Shown here one piece after another: positions 34,662 to 42,536 of a stretch of 42,536 bases of DNA. This DNA is from Octopus bimaculoides (taxonomy: Eukaryota), in the NCBI RefSeq assembly GCF_001194135.2, contig NC_068985.1, positions 2,219,862-2,262,397 on the forward strand, in the 5' to 3' direction. Within the stretch, counting starts at the first letter, position 1. Each line of letters opens with the position of its first letter. The notes under the pieces were generated by a model. That model was given only the letters and a program-made list of their open reading frames with translations, was not told the origin of the DNA and made no database searches. Made by a program: the position numbers and the translations under genes.

Positions 34662-34959
34662 TTAAACATTGATTAAAATCTTTTTATGGGCAAATGTTCT
34701 GACAAGACCTATTCTACAGGAACACGAATTAACAAAAAAACTCAATGCAATTTGTTCCTTTAAAAGCTTAACTAAAATTTTCTTTAAGTTCAATTTAAAT
34801 TTAAGTTTAAATTTACTCAAATGTGAATAGACAGAACTAGCTTAGGTATATATTCTGTGTGCTTAAAATTGTATTATATAATTAAATTTGACCTCATACC
34901 ATAAAGGTCATATTAATCTAAACATCTGACATTCATTTCAACTGATAACTAACAATATA

Positions 34960-35015
34960 TAAATATATATATATATATCTGTGTATGTGTATATGAGTGA
35001 GTGTGTGTTTGTATA

Positions 35016-35094
<79 letters not shown>

Positions 35095-35172
35095 ACATAT
35101 GTATACATACATACATGCATACATACATACTTAGATGCATGCATACATTTATTTAGATATATAGATAGATAA

Positions 35173-35225
<53 letters not shown>
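34960..35225. repeat. TA/TG/TACA/(GATA)n compound microsatellite
   Basis: Visible directly. Confidence 0.95.
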
Positions 35226-35524
35226 ACTTTAATAAGTGAATATCTTCATTTCTTTATGTAATTTAAATTTTCTTTGAAATTTTTGAAGTTGATGCTTCAC
35301 CTCAGATGGTTGTAACATATTTATGACTTGACAATTCACTTTGATCAATGTAGAGGTAAAAACATTTGATGTCTGTCTATAAATATATTATAGATGCAGG
35401 CATAGCCATTTGGCAATGAAGATTGTCTCCCAACCACAAGCTTTTAAGTTCAGACAGGAGACTTTCTGCTATTGCCCCAAGCTGGCCAAAACCTTGCAAG
35501 CAGATTCGGTAAGTGGGAAACTAA

Positions 35525-36045
35525 TGGAGAAATGCTACAAATTCTTCTGGATAAGAAATTGTGACAGCAGGAATTGAGTGGCCATATTGTTGGGTGAGAA
35601 AGAGTTAAAGTGACTGAGTTGATGAAGGGTTCATGATAGGATGATTAAGATGAAAGTAATAATTAAGAAACTCAACAACACATGCCCCAGGGTTTCTTCT
35701 ATGAGACTCTTCTGAAGACTACCGCAACGACAACTGGTAGTGACTTCCTTCTCGTGGCTGGCAACGTTAATGGACATGTTGACCACCATGATGATGGCCT
35801 CTGTAACAGGCTATAGATACAATTCAAAGAATGAGGAAGGTGTAAGCTTCCTGCAGTTCTTTGATGCAACTGATCCGGAGAAATACTTTGCAAGAGAATA
35901 CTTTGATAAAAATATAGCACTATTCCTGGATTTTGTTGATTTGGTGAAGGTCTTTGACAGAATACCATATTCCATAATTTGGTGGTCATTGAGGAAACTA
36001 GGTTTCGATGAATGACTCGTGAAAGCTGTAGAAGCTTTGTAAAAT
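35525..36045 (+). mobile_element. RTE LINE ORF2 remnant, endonuclease joined directly to RT domain
   Basis: YKFFW..VAILLGEK..RVHDRMIK..DFLLVAGNVNGHV..GYRYNSKNEEG..FLQFFDATD (endonuclease) | PEKYFA..LFLDFVDLVKVFDRIPYSIIWWSLRKLG (RT; compare FVDLEKAFDRVP). Confidence 0.8.
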
Positions 36046-36679
36046 CTTGAAAAAATATAAAAGCTAAAAGTTTTTTCCAAAGTTTGAACTATAGTCAAAG
36101 AGCAAATTTTATAAATTGGCAAAAAGAAAAAAGCCATATAAAAGTGTCAATGAAAAACCTGAAAACTATTTTTCTTTACTTTTCAAAATGAGTTATCAAT
36201 TTGATTTTGCTTTTTTGTGTATCTTTTTGCAATAAAAAAATTTCATATTTTCTCAGATGCTATCTTCACAAGCTAAATAATGGGAAGAAACAAAAACAAA
36301 AGATCTAAAATAATCTCTTTTTAAGTATTTATTTGTTTTCATTTGCTCAGAATAACCCAGTTTACTTCTCTTCATTCCAGGCTTCATTTTCTTTCCTTTT
36401 CAATCCCAATCTTATATTTCCCTAAAGTGAAAGATAACCACAAAAAAAAAAAATAATAATAATCTCCTGCTCCAAAAATCACAATTTTTTGCACCTTTAA
36501 AGTTAATTTCTGAGGCGCCTAAAATTTGTGCACAAAATATAATTTACTAAATATACATATTTTCAAAAATTTTGCATTGCTACCCTCCAAAAGCTTTACA
36601 CTTTATACATATTTAGGTGGAACCAAACCAAAACTAAAAATGGACTGAAATCAGTCCAAATTTAGAACTAGTACAACAC

Positions 36680-37100
36680 TAGGTGCACGCATGGCTGTGT
36701 AGTAACAAGTCTGCTTCATAAACACATGGTTCTGGTTTCAGTCCCACTGTGTGAAACCTTGGGCAAGTATCTTCTACTCCAGACTGGGGCCAACCAAAGC
36801 CTTGTGAGTGGATTTGGTAGATAGAAACAGGAAGAAGCCCGTCATATATATAAATATGTATATTTGTGTGTGTGTGTGTGCTTGTGTCTGTGTTTGTCCT
36901 GCACCACTACTTGACAACTGGTGTCGGTGTGTTTACATCCCTGTAACTTAACAGCTCAGCAAAGAAGTCTGATAGAATAAGTACTGGGCTTAAAACAAAA
37001 CAAAAAAATACCAGAGTCTGTTCATTCAACTAAAAGTTCTTCAAGGTGGTGCCCCAGCATGACCACAGTCTAGACTGAAAAAGTATAAAATAAAAAGAGA
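36680..37100 (+). mobile_element. Full-length SINE family A
   Basis: ggtgcacgcatggctgtgtagtaac..gtttcagtccc..gccttgtgagtggatttggtag..ggtggtgccccagcatg; colinear with 16614. Confidence 0.92.
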
Positions 37101-37827
37101 AGGATATCACTCCCTCCTCTTCTCTGCACTTTTTACTTAAGTTTATTTTCCAAACTTTGAATGTCTAAAAATTAATTAGTGTTCACCCTCAATTTTTACT
37201 CTATTTTACTTCATAAGTTTTTTTGTTTCCATACCAATTTTAACTCGGTTTACACAAATAGATTCCTTTCATTGAAATCTTTCAAATAAGAATAATTACA
37301 CATAATATTTTCTGAAAATAACAGAAAATTTATGGTCTAATATTGAATTTTGGCCTCTCATTTTTTGAAATTTGACCACTTTTTGCCTACAGATTTTTTC
37401 TACTCCACTAATTTTTTAATGAGGCTTACATAATTAGATTTATTTCATTAAGATCTTTTATTAGCATGTCATTAAAACACAAAAACAAGAATCTACCCTG
37501 TATTATTCTCACATTTTTGAACATATATTATCGTAAGTTTTTTCATCCAAGCAATTTTCTATTTTATCTCAAAATATAGAAGTGGATTGTTTTTTTTTTT
37601 TGTTTTTTTTTTACAATGAACTGAATCACATTTAATTTGGTCAAGAATTGATTTAGCTAAAGGCTGTAGAAATAGTCAGGGACCCACTGACGTGGATGAA
37701 TGGTATAACCTAAAATTATATATTCATTCTGTTAACTTCTCTCTCTCTCTTTTTGTTGACATCATCAAAACTATTGATTCTACAATGGCTTTCATGAGGA
37801 ATATTTCAGTTGGTCAACCAATTTGAC

Positions 37828-37835
37828 TATTACTA

Positions 37836-37885
<50 letters not shown>
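37828..37885. repeat. (ATT)n microsatellite
   Basis: Visible directly. Confidence 0.97.
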
Positions 37886-38515
37886 GCTTTTCTTCTTTCA
37901 ATTCTGCTTCCATTTCTTGCCAAGTGTCTTCCTGACACCTAGGGCAAAGAAACTTACTGTATGCATTGGTAGGTCATTAAAGTAAACACACCAGATTGTT
38001 CATTTACAAAGTCATGTGATAGAAAAAAAGGGGGAGAAAGAAAGAAAGAAAAGGGAAAAATAATAAATAGAAATATGCCAAAAATAAAGAGGAAAAAAAG
38101 AGAAAGTAAATAAAGATGGGGAAAGGAAAGACAATGACACACCCTAACAATTCTGTGTCATTTGTGGACATCAGATGGGAGAAGATGGGCCACAGTGTGT
38201 CAAGCTGAGCCCAATCAGTGTGATGAGAGCTCAAAAAAGGCTCTCCTGCAGGCCAGGGCACTGGTATTGTGTTGAGATTGAAGGAGCAATGAGTTGGCTC
38301 TAGACTTGCGTAGTTCCTGTCATCTTTGTGGCCCTGCAACCCTGTTCCGTTTGTAGGAGGTGACATCTTTGTGAACTTGAATCCCTGTTCCGTTTGTGAC
38401 ATCTCTGTTGGTGAAGCTTCACCTGGCTGGGCAGTTTTGTGCTTGTGTTTCTCAAGTGTTGGGGTTGATCTCAAAGCTCTTCAGTGAGGTCTTGAGTGTC
38501 TTTCAAGCACTTATT

Positions 38516-39255
38516 GAACTGGAGCCAGTCAGGGGGCACTGCCCACAGCTACGATATTGGTTTTACTTGACTCAACAGGTCTTCTCAAGCATATCATATC
38601 ACCCCACACATCAGGGGTATTCTTAACTGAGCCAGACATGCATGGCTGTGATCTCACTTTAGTTGCTGGGTCTTCTCAATCACAGCATGTCTCCAAAGGT
38701 CCTGGTCTCCTGTCATTGCCTCTGTGAGGCCCAACGTTCGAAGGTCAAACTTCACCACCTCAACCCGTGTCTTCCTGGGTCTACCTGTTCCACAGGTTCC
38801 TTCTACAGTTAGGGAGTGGCACTTCCTCACATAGCTGTCTTCATTCATATGTAACACATGGCCATACCAGCGCAGTTGCCATTCTTGCACACCACAACTG
38901 ATGCTTCTTATGCCCAACTTTCCTCTCAGGGTGCTTACACTCTGTCGAGTATGCACACTGACATTACACATCCAGTGGAGCATACTAGCTTCATTTCTTT
39001 CAAGCCTATGCATGTCCTCAGCATTCATGGCCCATGTTTCCCTGCCATGTAGCATGGCAGTTTACACACATGCATCATACAGTCTACCTTTCACCCTGTG
39101 TGAGAGGCTATTAGTTGCCACCAGAGGTAGGAGCTCCCTGAACTATGCCGAGGCTAATCTTACTCTAGTCACTACACTCTGAGCAACCACCCCCACTACA
39201 GACTTGGTCACCTAGGTAGCAGAAGCTATTAACTACTTCTAGTTTCTTCCCCTGT
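38516..39255 (-). mobile_element. RTE LINE ORF2 C-terminal fragment and partial 3' UTR
   Basis: ORF 38654-39055: MLHGRETW..RLERNEASMLHWMC..QLRWYGHV..GRPRKT..DLRTLGLTEAM; upstream KKLEVVNSFCYLGDQV is the RT-thumb F.YLG motif typical of RTE/BovB-like ORF2. Confidence 0.93.
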
Positions 39256-39414
39256 ATATATATACAATGGGCTTCTTTCAGTTTCCATCTACCAAATACA
39301 CTCACAAAGTGTTGGTCAGCCCAGGAATAGAGTAGAAGATGCTTGCCCAAGATACAATGCAGAGGGGCTGAACCTGGAACAATGTGATTGGGAAGCAAGC
39401 TTCTTACCACACAG

Positions 39415-39420
<6 letters not shown>
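39256..39420 (-). mobile_element. SINE family A 5' half
   Basis: gggcttctttcagtttccatctaccaaatacactcacaaag..aagcaagcttcttaccacacagcca. Confidence 0.85.
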
Positions 39421-39449
<29 letters not shown>

Positions 39450-39490
39450 ATGTCAAACTAGTGGAGTATACAGAGTTCTAGATTGTGGAA

Positions 39491-39600
39491 GGCACATGGC
39501 TCAGTGGTTAGAGCGCCAGGCTCACAATTACGAGGTAGTGAGTTTGATTCCTGGACTGGGCTGTGTATATTGCCTTCTTCACCGAGACACATTATTTTAC
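39491..39600 (+). mobile_element. tRNA-derived SINE head (family B-like)
   Basis: A-box TGGCTCAGTGG (39497-507) and B-box-like gagtttgattcc; no complete cloverleaf. Confidence 0.7.
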
Positions 39601-40239
39601 TCGCATGTTTGTTTGAATGTGAAAAATTCTGGGTATAATTGCATCCTTTTCTTTGGTGCATCCAATGAAAATGATTGACTTAAGCTTTTTAACCATTAGT
39701 TTTGTGTCATTACTTCGCTGTCACTGATTGAAATTATACAATGCCATTTTGGTAACCTTTCTTTCTAGCTTGAAATATATGAATGGCAAACTTGCAGATT
39801 CCATGGAATTACGAAAATTCTGATTTTCAGCAAAATATTTCTTCCTCATCTACAACAGTGTCTGTTAGCTCAGAGAGTCTGAGTACAAATGAAAATGGAA
39901 TAACAAAGTTTACCAAAAGCATAAAGAATCCCTCAAAGAGTGAATACAATCCCCACTGAGTAAAGACAGCCATCACCAGAATAAGAACTGAGTGAAAATG
40001 GGTGGAATAAGGAAATTGGATAAGATAATCAACCAACAAAAGCATAATTGACAAACCAACAAATGAAAGAACAATGTCAGGTTCTGAACATTCAGTATAT
40101 TTCATAAAATATGTCTGTAAAACATGTCACTAGTTCTTGCATGCCCTCTGCATTCAGGGACCCCTGTTTCACTAATATGTACTTTTGTGGTTCATACATA
40201 AGTATCATACAATCAGAGAAAGAGAGAGAGAGAGAGAGA

Positions 40240-40385
40240 GAGATTTTGCTACCAACAGAGATAATAGCTCTCTGAACATTCTCCATTCTATTCTTATTCT
40301 AGCACCTATACTTTCAGAACACCCTCCTCCACTGCTAATTAGGTCACCTAAGCAACACAAACTGACTACTACCTATAGGGAGCTT
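40240..40385 (-). mobile_element. Old RTE ORF2 fragment
   Basis: Reverse complement encodes RIRIEWRMFRELLSLLVAK, homologous to the FRELLPL region at about 39130 and 25900. Confidence 0.65.
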
Positions 40386-40517
40386 CCTGGACATTTAGGA
40401 AAATTTATTTCTCCTGACGTTCACAGAGTTTATTGCTCCTATATATCTGCCGCATACAAAGTCTGCTTTCTTTGTTAACCTTCAAAACAAATTTTATGCA
40501 GATGTAGAAGACAGTTA

Positions 40518-40519
<2 letters not shown>

Positions 40520-40594
<75 letters not shown>

Positions 40595-40810
40595 TCATAT
40601 ATATATATATATATTTGTATTTGTATTATGTATGCATATATATATACATACATACACTCATGTATGCATAGTTGCATGCTTACACACACATTATATAAAT
40701 ATGTATATATAATCATATATATTTATATAAATAATGTGTGTATAAATGTGCATCTATTCATGCATGAGTATTTATGTGATTGTGTGTGTGTGTGTGTGTG
40801 TACATATATC
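40520..40810. repeat. TA/TG microsatellite cluster
   Basis: Visible directly. Confidence 0.92.
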
Positions 40811-41804
40811 TGCATGTGTAACTGTCCTCTTCATCTGCATAAAATTTGATTTTAAGACAAAATACAAAGCCACACATAAGAATATTAAAATATGCACACA
40901 ATTCAATAAACGCAACTTTTTCAACCTTGCATTAACTAACCTTTAACACATTCTTAAAAATAAAATAACACATCTTCAATTTCAAGAATATTCTAAGACT
41001 TCATTGAAATCTCTTTTCTCAGACATAATTAATTTGTTTCTGAAATTCTTTTCTTTTTAATCCCCAAAGAAAGATTTCCAGTCTTCATTTTCATTTTCCA
41101 TATTTTCACTCATGAAATAAAGTTTTGAAATTAAGTAAATATTTGCAAAAGATCAACACAAGATGTTGACTGCAAATATATTCTATAAACACCAACATAA
41201 ATCAATCAGATAGAACTTAAAAGGTTAAACAATACCAAAATGTTTTAGTCTTGTGAAAAATAGATATTTCATATATTATGAAATGTGGATAAGTAAAAGA
41301 CCCAAGTGGATGGCTCTTGTGTTCTTTGTTGTTCTATGAAAATAGAAGAGATATACTATCTAAAGGTGAATCCTTTCAACTAACATAAAACAGGGCTATG
41401 TATACGCTTCAATGCTCTTTCGCTTTGCTTTCATACATGAGCTGTTGCAAACTGCAAAGTATTTCTACCTGAGGAACTACATAGAGTACTCCATGGCTGA
41501 GCTGTTGTCTAATCTGTGTTGCCTGCTTTAAACCAAAAGACGAGAGAAGATCAGAATCCATTTATGGTCACTACCAAATTACAGTTCGAGAATTTGCCAA
41601 AACTTCAAAGCAGTCTTGTCTGACAATTATTTTTGAAAATACAGAACTGTGCCAGACAACAGCAGAGACTTGTGTTTTACAAGCATTTCAGGAATGCAGA
41701 AAGTCCCAAGTAACTGACTTGTATAATACAATGATTATATTTAAACCACAGAAAGATTTTTACTCAAGATTCTTAACATCATCACCCTAAATGTTGATGA
41801 CGAC

Positions 41805-41990
41805 CATCATTGCTTTAATAACCACTTTTCCATGCTTGCATGGGTCAGACGAAATACATTGGAGCAGATTTTGACCAGCAAGAAACCCTTTCTGTCGTCA
41901 GCCTAAACCTGTTTCCAAGTAAAGTTAAATTTCTTTTCGGCCAGACATGTTTTCGCAGAAGAGTGAAAATGAAAACAAATGGCACTATTT
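41805..41990 (-). mobile_element. Divergent RTE-type 3' end (second subfamily or RTE-tailed SINE)
   Basis: ttta..cacttttccatgcttgcatgggtcagac shares the terminal ttccatgc..gcatggg motif with the RTE 3' ends. Confidence 0.6.
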
Positions 41991-42304
41991 GTATGATGGT
42001 GTTACTTGCTTGTATCTAGGAAATGATGACAAGACAAGGAGACACACACACACACACATACACACACACACACATACACACACACACACACACATACACA
42101 CACACACACGTATATATATTCATATTTTTGTTTATGTTGGAACAATGAGAGAAAACTATACAAAAGATATTGTACAGGATTGGAAGATATGATTTTTCGT
42201 TTTATAGAAACTAAAACTTTGTCTTTTGACTCAAGTTTCATGTTACTGCAATCTTCAGGTGAGAACCTGGTTTCAGCTTCAATAGAAGAACTATACATAC
42301 ATAC

Positions 42305-42536
42305 ATCATCATCATCATCATCGTTTAACGTCCGCTTTCCATGCTAGCATGGGTTGGACGATTTGACTGAGGACTGGTGAAACCGGATGGCAACACCAGG
42401 CTCCAGTCTGATTTGGCAGAGTTTCTACAGCTGGATGCCCTTCCTAACGCCAACCACTCAGAGAGTGTAGTGGGTGTTTTTACGTGTCACCCGCACGAAA
42501 ACGGCCACGCTCGAAATGGTGTCTTTTATGTGCCAC
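42305..42536 (-). mobile_element. Young RTE LINE 3' end, runs off the window edge
   Basis: 42322-42493 differs from 24898-25069 at 3 of 172 positions. Confidence 0.93.

Noticed and set aside
38004-38474. 156-aa minus-strand ORF
   Set aside because: The C-terminal part runs through a low-complexity purine/pyrimidine tract, no domain is recognisable, and the region looks repeat-derived.
39491-39570. Possible tRNA gene
   Set aside because: A and B boxes are present but there is no complete cloverleaf, and the sequence continues into a SINE body; the same holds for the other tRNA-like heads.
1-42536. CRISPR arrays, rRNA, operons or other prokaryotic systems
   Set aside because: No regularly spaced repeat-spacer arrays or gene-dense segments; composition and repeat content are those of an animal genome.

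Overview
This is a eukaryotic, AT-rich, repeat-saturated window from a gapped draft assembly (11 N-runs, many abutting TA-type microsatellites). The repeat families resemble those I recall from Octopus genomes, so the source is probably a coleoid cephalopod; that assignment is inference. I find no intact protein-coding gene. Most listed ORFs are translations of microsatellites or N-gaps, and the recognisable ones are decayed transposon fragments. The window holds many RTE-clade LINE 3' fragments (some very young), an L1/Tx1-like LINE with a large internal deletion, an R4/Dong-like restriction-endonuclease LINE 3' end, a DD37D (maT) and several DD34D-type mariner remnants, hAT- and piggyBac-type MITEs, a fold-back element and at least three tRNA-derived SINE families. 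The most interesting signal is three minimal type-I hammerhead-ribozyme-like motifs in two unrelated repeat families. Two of them (1775-1820 +, 33768-33811 -) sit inside a short tRNA-headed, TSD-flanked retroposon. The third (27886-27921 -) lies in a Penelope-like remnant. All three keep an ACGT (or ATGT) segment in place of stem III, the layout of hammerheads that cleave as dimers. A few possible small host exons are flagged at low confidence.
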